Notes under the pieces: model-generated
The model's input: only the letters and a program-made list of their open reading frames with translations
Databases searched by the model: none
What the model was told of the DNA's origin: nothing
Shown: in pieces, positions 15,627-27,651 of the stretch
Numbering within the stretch: the first letter of the stretch is position 1
How the letters are laid out: the number at the start of each line of letters is the position of its first letter
Assembly (NCBI GenBank): GCA_951406725.2
Contig: OX597831.1
Location: 79,608,001 to 79,672,000 of the forward strand
Length of the DNA: 64,000 nucleotides
Direction: 5' to 3'
DNA from: Octopus vulgaris
Lineage: Eukaryota
Position numbers and translations under genes: made by a program

Positions 15627-16569
15627 CAAAGGTTCTCAACGGGGGCCATTTGGAGCTCGAAGGGGGGGGGGCGTTTTGGAGTAAAGGGGCTCTCTTGTAC
15701 CAAAGAGCAGTCAACACGATAGACAACAAGTTGCTCTCGTAAGTGTCGCGTGGTGGAAATAAACGGAATTACCAAACTTTCAATTTATTATTTCATTTCT
15801 TTTGCGCTTCAATTCCCACATCTGTACTCCCGATCGCGTACACGTGCATATATAAAACAACGTCCTTTATTTTTTAATCATTATTTGCTGATTTCAAAAT
15901 AAGTATTCTATTGTTTCTGGGGAGAGGCATTCTCTTTTGGTGCCTTATAATTTAACACACTCAACGGTAAAATTTCCACATATGTCTTTTTTTTTTTTCT
16001 AAAATTTTCGTTGCGTCTTGCAAATTTTTTCAATAGATTTGACTCTCTAAAAATATAGTAGGCCTTTGTCAAAAGATGCACTGAGTTGATGGGTCCCCTC
16101 CTCACTATGTTTTTTAGTGGATTTGTTGTATCGGAGTCTATTTCTAGCTAAGGAGGTCTTTGCTTCTGTTTCACTGTTAATTCGGGGTGGGATACATACC
16201 CTTTTGTTAAAGGGTAAGTCCGTGGGGTAGATCCTTGTCAGGTCATAAGATTTGCTGTTAGTGTTTTAGAAGACAGAGTGTAGAGTCTAAACTATTAAAA
16301 AGGTTGCAAGACGCAACGAAAATTTTAGAAAAATAAAAAAGAAATAAGTGGAAATTTTACTGGTGAGTGTGTTAAATTATAAGGCACCAAAAGAGAATGA
16401 CTCTCCCCAGATACAACAGAATATGCTTCAACACACGAACTCGCATAAAGAATCTTGCAAACCAAATCCAAAAAACGAAATCAAAAGAAGTAATATATTG
16501 AAAAATAAAAATATTTTCGGGGGTGGGGAGGCATTTGTGGTTCCATGGGTCATGGGTTGAGAACCTATG
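15627..16569. mobile_element. Non-autonomous hAT (Charlie-like) element
   Basis: TIRs CAAAGGTTCTCAAC / GTTGAGAACCTATG. 8-bp TSD CTATAGAG / TTATAGAG with central TA. Confidence 0.8.
15908..16420. repeat. Inverted pair of family P2 repeats, each with a degenerate minimal hammerhead (15999-16036 -, 16292-16328 +)
   Basis: 15908-16045 is the reverse complement of 16284-16420. A third copy lies at about 39280-39430. Confidence 0.75.
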
Positions 16570-16984
16570 TTATAGAGCATGCTTTGGAGATTAAAATGGC
16601 TACGTATGATGTAGAGCAACGAGTAAAACTGATCGAGTTTTTCCTTTCCAGTGAAAGATCAATTATTCAAGCTCAGAGAGAATACCGGCAATGTTTTACT
16701 ATCTCCTAGCGATAGCATGATTCGAAACCTAATCGCCCGGTTTGAAAGAAATGGATCAGTCGGTGATCTTTCGGGAAGTGGCTCTAAGTGGACTGCGAGC
16801 ACTGACGCAGTGGTGGGAGCTGTACGGCAGGGTGTCCTTAGGGATCCACCAGTCTCTACCCGTCGTCGCTCGGCTCAATTAGGCATCACCAGAATATCTC
16901 TTCAGAAGATTCTGAAACTCGATTTTAAAATTTTTTTTAATAAAATAATAAAAATGGAATAATAAAATGACTTAAAATTATTTT

Positions 16985-17190
16985 ACCAGCATCGGTTGTC
17001 AAGTGATGTTGGGAGACAAACAGAGACACGCAAACACACATGCACACATGTATATATATACATATATACGACGGGCTCCTTTCAGTTTCCGTCTACCAAA
17101 TTCACTACCCAAGGTGCCACGCAGTGGCACTGAACCTGGTATCATGTGGTTGGTAAGCAAGCTACTTACCACACAGCCACTCTTGCGCCT
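16985..17190 (-). mobile_element. SINE family A, internally deleted
   Basis: Matches the family A head and part of the tail. Confidence 0.8.
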
Positions 17191-17324
17191 AAATTTATTT
17201 TTACGCTTACAGCACCTAGGTGTCTTTGTACGCTTTATATATAATATATAAAGCGAGCAAAGAGTAAACAAGAGAGACAGAGTTGGTAGAAACAAGGAAA
17301 ATGCCTCTTGTTTTTGAATACTAT

Positions 17325-17543
17325 ACTCTTTACTCTTTTACTTGTTTCAGTCATTTGACTGCGGCCATGCTGGAGCATCGCCTTTAGGCGAGCAAATCGA
17401 CACCGGGACTTACTCTTTGTAAGTCCAGTACTTATTCTATCGGTCTCTTTTGCCGAACCGCTAAGTGACGGAGACGTAAACACACCAGCATCGGTTGTCA
17501 AGCAATGCTAGGGGGACAAACACAGACACACAAACATATACAT

Positions 17544-17575
<32 letters not shown>

Positions 17576-17577
17576 AT

Positions 17578-17621
<44 letters not shown>

Positions 17622-17784
17622 GACAGGATTCTTTCAGTTTCCGTCTACCAAATCGACTCACAAGGCATTGGTCGGCCCGAGGCTATAGCAGAAGACACTT
17701 TCCCAAGGTGCCACGCAGTGGGACTGAACCCGGAACCATGTGGTCGGTTAGCAAGCTACTTACCACACAGCCACTCCTGCGCCT
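17325..17784 (-). mobile_element. Full-length SINE family A
   Basis: tRNA-like head, GGCACCTTGGG central part, internal (TA)/(TG) tract, and tail ending CAGCATGGCCGCAGTCAAATGACTGAAACAAGTAAAAGAG. Confidence 0.9.
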
Positions 17785-17849
17785 ATAGCCTATGCAAATA
17801 TTCTTTTAAAAACTTTCCTTTTAATTTTTCCAAATTTAATAGTTTTCCA

Positions 17850-17896
17850 CACTTGCAGTTGAAAATGTCTAAGTGACAGAAACCGGTACTGAAGTG
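17850..17896 (+). ncRNA. Minimal type I hammerhead, U3-A8 core variant (family P3)
   Basis: CACUUGCAG-UUGAAAA-UGUC(uaagu)GACA-GAAA-CCGGU-A^CUGAAGUG. Stem I is CACUU-g-CAG/CUG-AAGUG. Confidence 0.75.
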
Positions 17897-17978
17897 TTTT
17901 TTATAAAATTATTTTAGCATTTTATACTTTGACTTTTTTTTCCATACATATCAAGTCGAGTGTTCCTCTTAAACCTTC

Positions 17979-18034
<56 letters not shown>

Positions 18035-18415
18035 GTAAAACTTTTCGTAATTTTGAAGAACGTTGGTACGTAATTCTCATTTGCAGCAGAGTGTAGCTGC
18101 GCTTGCGCAGTGGATTTGTAAAATTATAATCTATATATTTGGAAAATGTGTGTCTTCAGTGTTCCACAAATATACATTAATTATGGCGCCCATACTAATG
18201 AGACACGGATGGCAAATTATTTTATTTGTTCATTGATGTCGAAATACGAGTATATGTGGTAACTGTTGAAATGCTTTTATTTTTCATTCCCTTCGAAAAT
18301 AATCTTTGAGATTTAACTACCCTTTTCAGCATGTAAGGTGTCCTGTTAAGGTCACTTCTGTTGTGTAAAGAAATGTACACTAATTTATATGAAATACATA
18401 CATACATACATACAT

Positions 18416-18446
<31 letters not shown>

Positions 18447-19182
18447 GACACACACTCACACACACATATAGATATAGATATAGATATATAGATATAGATA
18501 TAGATATATCCACGTATCATTCTATCTATCTATGACTATGTATACACACACACATATAACACTTCTAAATATATATACTTGTATATACATACATATATAT
18601 TATATAAACACATGCATATCATACATGCGTATATAGATACTTACTTCAATACATATGTATGTATGCATATATGTGAATATGTATGTATATATATATATAT
18701 ATATATACAGACCTACACATACATACATGTAAACACATACTACACACAGACAGACACATAAATACGTAAGTTTTAACTTTGAATACTTTCTACCCGGGGT
18801 GCATAAGTAAAGTATACAGGTGTGTGAACTTGAGCCGGGTAGCTAGGCGGTGGTGGTGCATTTTATTATCTGTGTGTGCGGGGATGGGGAGTGGGGGGGC
18901 GTGATAGGTTATTGTAAATACGTCGGCGGTTGGGAGCTTCAACAGCAACAACAACAACAACAGCAAAACAATCTAAAAGTTATTTGTTATTTTCTGAAAG
19001 ACTTCAGATAAGGGTTTTATAAGTAGCTGAGATTGTCTGATAATGACGGCGTATATAATGGTCGTGTTGCTGGTGGAGGTGGTGGAGATGGTGATGGTAG
19101 GGGTGGTGGAGTTTCTGGGGATGGGGGGAGTGCGGTGTGTATACAGTGATGATGGACACATATATAACAGCGGCGGCGGCAG

Positions 19183-19220
<38 letters not shown>

Positions 19221-19228
19221 TTTTCTAC

Positions 19229-19436
19229 TCTAGGCATAAGGTCCGAAATTTTGGGGGAGTGGGGGTCCGTCGATTAGATCGAACCCCAGTGCATAACTGG
19301 TACTTAATTTATCGACCCCGAAAGGATGAAAGGCAAAGTCGACCTCGGCGGAATTTGAACTCAGAACGTAACGGCAGACGAAATACCGCAAAGCATTTCG
19401 CCTGGCGTGCTAACGTTTCTGCCAGCTCCGCCGCTT
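19229..19436 (-). mobile_element. tRNA-derived SINE family B (Meta-like central domain)
   Basis: Minus strand: GCGGCGGAGCTGGCAGAAACG...GAGTTCAAATTCC GCCGAGGTCGACTTTGCCTTTCATCCTTTCGGGGTCGATAAATTAAGTACCAG. The domain name is from recall, not from an alignment. Confidence 0.85.
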
Positions 19437-19614
19437 TTATACATAAAGACATTACTTTCTTCAGGCTGGACAGACGCTGGAGTACCATCTTGAAGAATAT
19501 TTCCGTCCAACGAATTGGAGTCAGTACTTACTCATCCTTTTTTCTTAATCGGAGATTTGTTTTATTGGTCTGATACGCCAAACCGCTAAGTTCAGGGAAT
19601 GTAAAGACAACAAT

Positions 19615-19915
<301 letters not shown>

Positions 19916-20284
19916 ATACATATATATATATATAATAAAATGGAGAAGCACAATAGTTGGTTCATCAACTTTAGGACGTTAAAATGTTGACTTATTTATT
20001 TATCAAAACGACACCCATAATAACATACATACTTATACCCTTAGTTGGTATGGGTATATCCTTTAGTGATGAGTCCATCTTTGTTAACTACATTTTTCCA
20101 ACAATATTCATTTTGAAGGACTACAATACCATACTGAAATGTTCTCGCTCTCATCAGCGATATTCCAAATATTGCATCGATAGTTTATACATATACAAAT
20201 ATTAGTAATAGATATTCCTCATTTAATTATTGTTTAGCACCAAGAAAGTTAGGGGCTGTGGATCCGACCCACTAAAGTATTGTT

Positions 20285-20431
20285 ATCACTAGCGATATCA
20301 AGATATAACTTCGTATTTTGTATTTTATGTGTAGATGTATATATATAGATGCACTTGTAATATGTACACATATATATACATATATACATGCACTAGCTCT
20401 ATGACCCGGCAACGACGGGTCATAATGCTAG
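20285..20431 (+). mobile_element. Helitron 3' end (duplicate of about 22152-22302)
   Basis: ATGACCCGGCAACGACGGGTCAT hairpin followed by AATGCTAG. Confidence 0.75.
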
Positions 20432-20433
20432 TA

Positions 20434-20479
<46 letters not shown>

Positions 20480-20603
20480 TGAATTGTTAAGGTGGCTATT
20501 AACTAATTTACCGTTGGTATAACACACAATTATTAATACACAAGTGTTTTTAATTGCGTTGCAATTAACTTACCTATTGTATTAAATGGGTGGTCCCCCC
20601 ACC

Positions 20604-20837
20604 TTCACTTGACAACCGATATTGGTGTGTTTACGTCTCTGTAATATAGCGGTTTGGACAAGAGACCGATAGAATAAGTACTGGGGTCGATTTGTTCGAC
20701 TAAAGGCGGTGACTGCGGCCATGCTCGAGCACCGCCTTTAGTCGAACAAATAGACCCAAGTACTTATTCTATCGGTCTCTTGTCCAAACCGCTATATTAC
20801 AGAGACGTAAACACACCAATATCGGTTGTCAAGTGAA
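20604..20837. repeat. 107-bp-arm near-perfect inverted duplication of a SINE A tail
   Basis: Arms 20604-20710 and 20731-20837, 20-nt spacer, two mismatches seen. Confidence 0.92.
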
Positions 20838-20861
20838 TGTGTATGTGTGAGTGTGTGTACA

Positions 20862-22301
20862 TCTCTCTATATATAAAACTGAGAATGTGTGTCTGTCTGT
20901 CTGTCTGTCTGTGTGTTTCCCTAAAACTTGAGAACTACACAACCAATTCCATTCAAATTTTACACATGCCTTACTTGGGGTCCATGTAGTTTAATGGGCA
21001 AAAAAAAAATGTTCAACTTCTTGCTTAGGGCGAGCCCATAGAAATATCATATCTTCTCCACTATTTCAGTATTACGTGTTAAAAGTGAAACAAAACATTT
21101 CTCTATTTTATGTCAGATGCTTTCACTTTAACAATAAAAATTAGAGATAATAATAACAATTGAATTATATGTAGTAAGTAATAATTAAAATCAAACTAAA
21201 GTATAATATAATCGTAACATAAAAAAAGGAAAAATAGCAATTGGTATAAAATTGCATCAATGACTTGAACTTGAATAAGTGGTTTCACATGAATGGAAAT
21301 AAATCAAAAATAAAATTAGCGTGCAGAAATGGAATAGTCCAGATGTACTGCTTTTTGATTCACCGTAAGGTTTGTTGTTATTATTATTACTGTTTAACTA
21401 TTGTTATCACGTTTGTTGGTTCCTCGTAAGGGAAACGTTGTTGTGTTGCATTTGTTAAATAATTGTAAACTGTAACCCTCCCCCATTGGGAGAAGGAGCT
21501 TTGGTTATTGCTTAAAAATTGAATTGTGTCCCTGTTTGGGGAAATTGATAATATTTTCACCGTTTACACGGAAGCATTTTTGTTAGAATGCCTTCGATAG
21601 TAGAAAGTCCAGAAAGGAATTTTGCTGCAGGCGTCGGCGGGCGCGAACTCATTAAAATTAAAATGGAAGAAATACAAACCTATTTCGGATTGATCACCGA
21701 CAAAGACGGTGAATCTAGGATAACACCACCAAACGAAATAAAAAATTAAAGAAAAGAAAAGACTATTGTCTATAAAGTATACAATGTAGAGAAAAAAAAA
21801 TAGATATGAACACCTGGAGGGAAGCACCATCGAAAAGTGTCTTGGTGCGACTATGAAAGATATCTAACCAGAGGCGGTAAATTCGCCACAATAGAAGCAA
21901 GGTTCGAGTCAACGGAACGTGCAAGGAAGTACTCGACTCGAACCTTGCAAAGTGGAAATATTTTATTTTCACCTTTATATCTGGGACGTAGGAAGTCCCG
22001 GATAAAAACTTAAAATCCCCCCCCCCCCAGAAGTAGAGGTAGGCTGGATTGTAGCCACACTTCTGTACAAGAGGGAGGACAAGATACAATTAATCGAAAT
22101 TGCAAGAGACGGGCCTAAAATTCCAGTCTGTTGTATATTTTGAGTATTGGCATCACTAGCGATATCAAGATATAACTTTGTATTTTGTATTTTATGTGTA
22201 GATGTATATATATAGATGTACATGTAATATGTACACATATATATATACACATATATACATGCACTAGCACTATGACCCGGCAACGATGGGTCATAATGCT
22301 A

Positions 22302-22302
<1 letters not shown>
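20862..22302 (+). mobile_element. Non-autonomous Helitron (about 1.4 kb) with internal cargo
   Basis: 5' TC(TC)TATATATAAAACTGAG, (CTGT)n, ACCAATTCCATTCAAATTT; 3' hairpin ATGACCCGGCAACGATGGGTCAT plus CTAG|T. Confidence 0.78.
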
Positions 22303-22336
<34 letters not shown>

Positions 22337-22965
22337 ATATACCAGTATGAATTGTTAAGGTGGCTATTCGCAATTTACAACCGAAAGGCAACAGGTATAG
22401 TCATCACTGAAGTGAATGAGGGTACTAGCCAGCACCGGCCTTGCTAGAATTAAGAGTCAAAACAAATCTTAACCACGTGAGCGCACTTTTCTCAACGACT
22501 GAGATGGGAGACAAGCTCCCTACGGCAGAAGAAGAAGAAGAAGAAGATGAAGAAGAAGATAATGATGATGATGATGATGATGAAGGAGGGGATGAGGAGA
22601 AGAAGATGATGATGAAGATGATGAAGAAGAAGAAGAAGAAGAAGAAGAAGAAGAAGAAAGAAGAAGAAGGTGAAAGAAGAAGAAGAAGAAGAAGGACAAA
22701 GAGTCCAACGCGACCCGAAGAACAAACGCAAGCTTCTTCGCCAAGCAAAACAACTTGCACAGTTAAATATAAACGAAGGAGGGAAATGTATGAAACGATT
22801 TGCGTGGGGGGTGGGGAGCGGCGGCGGTGTTCGAGTAAGGTCTCCTATCTGCGTGACTTTGCTTAAGCAATATGTTACATTTACCAATTAGTTAATTAAC
22901 TGCCCTCCCTCCCTCCCTCACACTCTCTCTCTCTCTCTCGCTCCCCACCACCAATAACAACACCG

Positions 22966-22996
<31 letters not shown>

Positions 22997-23095
22997 TCTT
23001 TTCTCTCCTTCTCTGGCGACTGAACCAAACAGAAAACAGACCACCCAGTGAGGTGACCCTGTTGGCTTATTTTACATGTATTTATCTTAGAGGAA

Positions 23096-23149
<54 letters not shown>

Positions 23150-23590
23150 GTGTTGGTAATTTGTTGTTATTGTTGTTTTTGCTGTGGTTGTTGCTGCTGC
23201 GGCTGCTGCTGCTGCTGTTGTTGTTGTTGCTGTTGTTGCTGTTGTTCCATAAGACATATGTCTTACAATGTCGTTCACTAGAAACCAGCTGCAACGCTTA
23301 TTTGACGCTTTAGTAACATACAGAGAAGGTAAGCCCGGGAGAGAGAGGGAGAGAAAGAGAGAGAATCGTGTATGTAGATAGATAGGGAACGAGAGAGAGA
23401 CAGAGAGTGAGAGAGAGAGACAGAGAGACAGAGAGAGGAGCGTTTAATACATGTAGTTGCATACTTAAGAATGAAATCCTTAACGGAACAAGAGAAGGCG
23501 TGAAATATTTATCATGTCTCGATGCAAAAGGTGAGACCCGGATGTAATAAAGGTGACACTTCAGATTTCATTATAGATAGATAGAGAGAT

Positions 23591-23827
23591 ATGTTTCTTT
23601 ATTAGCCACACAGGGCTGCACACAGACAGAACAAATTACAAGGTAGAGCTTTTCTTTTGGGGGTAAAAAAAAAAGGGGGTTGGTTTTCGATCAAAAGGGA
23701 TCGTAAAAGGAAAGAAAGGGAGGATTTTTAACAAAAAAGGGGGGAGGAGAAAGAAAAAAAGAAAAGGGAAGAGGAAAAAAAGTTGATCAATAGGGATCGT
23801 AATCACAGAAATGTCAGTATGAAGTGT

Positions 23828-23830
<3 letters not shown>
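23591..23830 (-). mobile_element. Isolated Tx1-like LINE 3' UTR end
   Basis: Similar to 23913-24090. The minus strand ends GCCCTGTGTGGCTAATAAAGAAAC (AATAAA) next to a TCTA tract. Confidence 0.7.
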
Positions 23831-23912
<82 letters not shown>

Positions 23913-23914
<2 letters not shown>

Positions 23915-24985
23915 TGTTTCTTTTTGGTCACACAGGGCTTAACACAATGGGGACAAAATACAAAGTAGCGCTTTACTTTTTTGGAAAAGAAGTAGGAAAG
24001 AAACAAAAAAATGTGGGGTAAAAATTCAATCAAAAGGGATCGTAAAAAAAAGGGCCGATCAATAGGAATCGTGTATCACAAATATCACAATGTAAAAAGG
24101 GGTAACAGATTAGGTTTATACGTCGAAAGAAAAGCATACGGATCAGACCACGGTAACCTTGGGCATTAATATGCAAAAAAACACATTGCAGTGAGTGACT
24201 CACGTTTTTTCTTTTCATTTTTTGGTTCATAGGATTATGCTCAAGCTGGCTCCGTCATTCACACGTGCCATCCTTGCTACATTTCCCATTTAAACATTCG
24301 CTAGACAAAACTTGCCTCTCTACTCTCACCTTCCTCTTCAAGTGATACTTGAAGAAGTTGATGAGAGATTGACCTGAGAGCAAAGTGTTTGTCTCCAATA
24401 CTTTCAGACGTGTCCACCAGATACATTCTTTCGCATTAGCCACAAGTACGATGAAAATGGCTCTTCCTTCCCCTTTCAAAGAAGGAGGCGCGACAATATT
24501 CACGATAGATTCGTTTGATAAACCGACTCGTCTCACACGTGACAGCAGTTGTTCGACATAAGCCCACAGGACGGAAATGGTTGGACACTGTACGAGTGCG
24601 TGCAGGACGGTTTTGTAGCGCTTCTCGATAGCATTGCCAGGCCAGGGATCTCTGGAGGTTGTCCATAGATCCCGGCCCGAAAGTCGTCTTGAACAGGCGA
24701 CTCAGGTACTCCTCGTTGACGCCCAGGTTCGCCCCGAGCTCGTCGTCGTACCTCCCCTCCACTAATCCCCTGTAGAATGCTTTGGTTATGTTGAAGTCGT
24801 TCAAGATCGACCCGGGACTCCATAGTTGCTTGAGAGCAACGCGACGCTCGCGGTACTATTCGCCTTTCCTCGGCCTCTTTTTGATCCACGACCGCAGTTC
24901 GGTCATGGAGATGAGCTGTGGGAAAGTGCGCCTCACAAACGGCGACCACACATGTTCACTGTCGTCTACGTAGAGCCGGATATGT
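23913..24985 (-). pseudogene. Tx1/L1-clade LINE 3' fragment (ORF2 C-terminus with partly deleted zinc finger, plus 3' UTR)
   Basis: Frameshifted translation ...AFYRGLVEG...RSLAWQCYREAL / TVLHALVQCPTISVLWAYVEQLL...AKECIWWTR..., the zf-RVT-type pattern of Tx1 ORF2. The CxxC part is missing. Confidence 0.82.
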
Positions 24986-25128
24986 CGCAGTCTCAGGGCA
25001 AGATATCAAACTTTATGTTCTGAGTTCAAATTTTGACTCCGTCGTTTCTATCTTTCGTGTTTCGGGACCACTTGATGAAATAATTAACAAAGGAATTTTA
25101 CAGTTCTATATTTGAGAGATGACGAATT

Positions 25129-25516
25129 ACGTACATTATTTACATTTGATGGATATTTGTCCTCATCTTGTTTGTTGTTAACCACATGTTTCGGCTGATA
25201 TACCCTCCAGCCGCCATCAGGTGTCTAGGGGGAAATTTCGAGCCTGGGTTCTCTTTCCTAAGGTATTTTTCGATGTTGTTGTTGTTGTTATTGTTATTAT
25301 CATTATTATTATTATTACCATTATTACTATTATTATTATTATTATTATATTCATTATTCTAACATCGAAAAATACCTCAGGAAAGAGAACGCATGATCGA
25401 AATTTCCCCAGGACACCCGAAGAAGACTGGAGAGTACATCAACCGAAACGTTGTGTTAACAACAAACAAGATGAGGAGAAATATCCGTCAAATGTAATTA
25501 ATGTAAATTATGTACA
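25129..25516. repeat. Inverted pair of family P4 repeats around a (TTA)n tract, each with a degenerate hammerhead (25180-25225 -, 25412-25457 +)
   Basis: Arms about 25129-25277 and 25360-25516 are reverse complements. Consensus GACAC-CUGAUGA-a-GGCUG...CAGCC-GAAA-CGU-U^GUGUU. Confidence 0.75.
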
Positions 25517-25858
25517 AAGGAATTTTGTTTTGGTTCGTTTTTAATTTCTGTTTTTTTTTTTTTTCATGGTCCTTAATACTCGTAAGACCGGTTACTCATT
25601 TTCCATACTCCCTGAATGACACGCCGGTTTTTTTCAGGGTTCAACACCAACGTTCGTCCACTGACCAATCCTGACTTGGACGTTATTATAACGATTCATT
25701 CCGGAAGGTTGAAAGTAGATGTTTAATTTGGCGCCATTTGAACTCGGACCGTCCTGACTGGGAATAAATAACGCAAGGCATTTTATCCGATCTTGTTAAC
25801 CATTCTGCCAGATAGCCGCGATTTTACGGCATATGTCATGGGGGTTAGTATAGCAGTG

Positions 25859-26225
25859 TGGGGGCACAATGGCTCGGTGGTTAGAGCAGCGGACTCGCAG
25901 TCATAGGATCGCGGTTTCGATTCCCAGACCAGGCATTGTGGGTGTTTATTGAGCGAAAACACCTAAAGCTTCACGAGGCTCCGGCAGGAGTTGGTGGTGA
26001 ACCTTGCTGTACTCTTTCACCACAACTTTCTCTCACTCTTTCTTCCTTTTTCTGTCGAATCTGTATTTGAAAGGGCCGGCTTTGTCACACATTGTGTCAT
26101 GCTGAATCTCCCCTAGAACACGTGTCTGTGGAGTGCTCAGCCACTTGCACGTTAATTTCACGAGCAGGCTGTTCAGTTGATCGTATCAACTGGACCCCCG
26201 TCGTCGTAACCGACGGAGCGCCACG
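25859..26225 (+). mobile_element. Full-length tRNA-Arg-like SINE family C (tail type 1)
   Basis: A/B boxes and GGACTCGC anticodon arm; tail GTGGAGTGCTCAGCCACTTGCACGTTAATTTCACG...GTAACCGACGGAG. May correspond to an octopus OR-type SINE (unverified). Confidence 0.88.
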
Positions 26226-26837
26226 AGTATAGCGATTATTGGGTGAGGGGAATAAGGACGGCTTGGGTTGAGGGAACGAGGCAGGGGATGGAAGAGAGTA
26301 TTGTGCAGGGGGTAAGAGAAATTAAGATGTTATGTTTGCGGGGAGGGGTTAATGAAGGGTGAGGTAATTTATAAAAGACAGGGGACAAGAAAAAGAGGGA
26401 AAAGAGGAGGTGCGTTGGAGGACAGAAATGTTGAGGGGTTGTGTAAAGGGGAATGGTTGGTTGGGTTTATGGTTGTGGTGGTAGTTTTATTGAGATTACA
26501 GTGTGGGGGCATTTGGTGGGTACATGTAGTGGTGGTGGTGTTAGTGGTAGTGGGGAAGTAAGGGGGAATGTTGATGATGGTGAAGGCTTTATGACGGTGT
26601 GACGATATTGCTAATAATAATGGCGGTGCTGGTGATGGTGATGGTGGTGGCGGTCTTAGGGATGGTCCGTGATGGGGTGGTGATGATGGGGTGGTAATGA
26701 TGGGTGGTGATGATGGTGAGGGTATTGTTGGTGGTGTTGGTGTTGGTGGCGTTGGTAGTGATGAATTTGATGGTGGTGGTGGCTTTGTACGGTGGTGTTT
26801 TTCACAGTGTTTATATAAACGATTGCAATATTGGTAA

Positions 26838-26895
<58 letters not shown>

Positions 26896-27147
26896 TGTAG
26901 TAGTAGTGATGTTGTTGTGGTCGTGGTGGTGATGGTGTCTATGGTGTTAGCGGTGTTGGCGGTGGACGTCGTCGTAGTGGTTGTGGTGGAGGTGGTAGCG
27001 GTGGTGGTGGCATGGATGGCGGTGAACCACGCTAAAATATACACATCGTGCTTCACTTCGTCTTAGTGCACGCACCTGCAACATCTCTGGTTATCTTCTG
27101 GGTGTGTCACCACAGGGAGAGAAGTGTTTAGGTGTGTGTGTATGTGT

Positions 27148-27198
<51 letters not shown>

Positions 27199-27651
27199 GG
27201 CGTGTGCTTTGTTGTCCCTGGCAATTTGGGGGCTGGACATTTATCTTTAGATACGGTATTGTTGTTTTTGTCGGCTTATGGTGTCGTTATCTTTCTGTTT
27301 GTCGACGATGGTGATGACGATGATGATGACTATGACGACGACGACGGCGACGATGACGACGATGATGATGATGATGATGATGACTATGGCGACGACGACG
27401 GCGACGATGACGATGATGATGATGATGATGACTATGGCGACGACGACGGCGACGATGACGATGATGATGATGATGATGATGACGATGGTGATGACCACGA
27501 TGACGATGACTCTGGTGATGATGAAGATGATAATGTCGATGATGATGATGATGATGACGACGACGACGACGATGATGAGTATAGTAGTGCTTGTGATGTT
27601 GGCAGTGGTGTTGGTGCTGGTGATGATGTTGACGCTTTCTTATTTTATGAC

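Larger units (their letters stand above)
15531..16935 (+). mobile_element. Tc1/mariner-superfamily (rosa/Tc3-like, DUF4817 HTH) 5' half, interrupted by a hAT MITE
   Basis: TA+CAGGGTGGCCA end at 15531. ORF from 16596 reads MATYDVEQRVKLIEFF...SPSDSMIRNLIARFERNGSVGD...STRRRSAQLGITRISLQKILK (frameshifted). Confidence 0.8.

Noticed and set aside
18130-18175. Possible pre-miRNA hairpin
   Set aside because: Pairing is short and interrupted, and it matches no conserved miRNA I recognise.
22441-22866. Acidic/basic ORF with complex flanks
   Set aside because: The core is GAA/GAT repeat; the flanks show no recognisable protein motif or clear splice structure.
25859-25930. tRNA-Arg(TCG) gene
   Set aside because: It continues directly into a SINE body seen in several copies and the cloverleaf is incomplete, so it is a SINE head.
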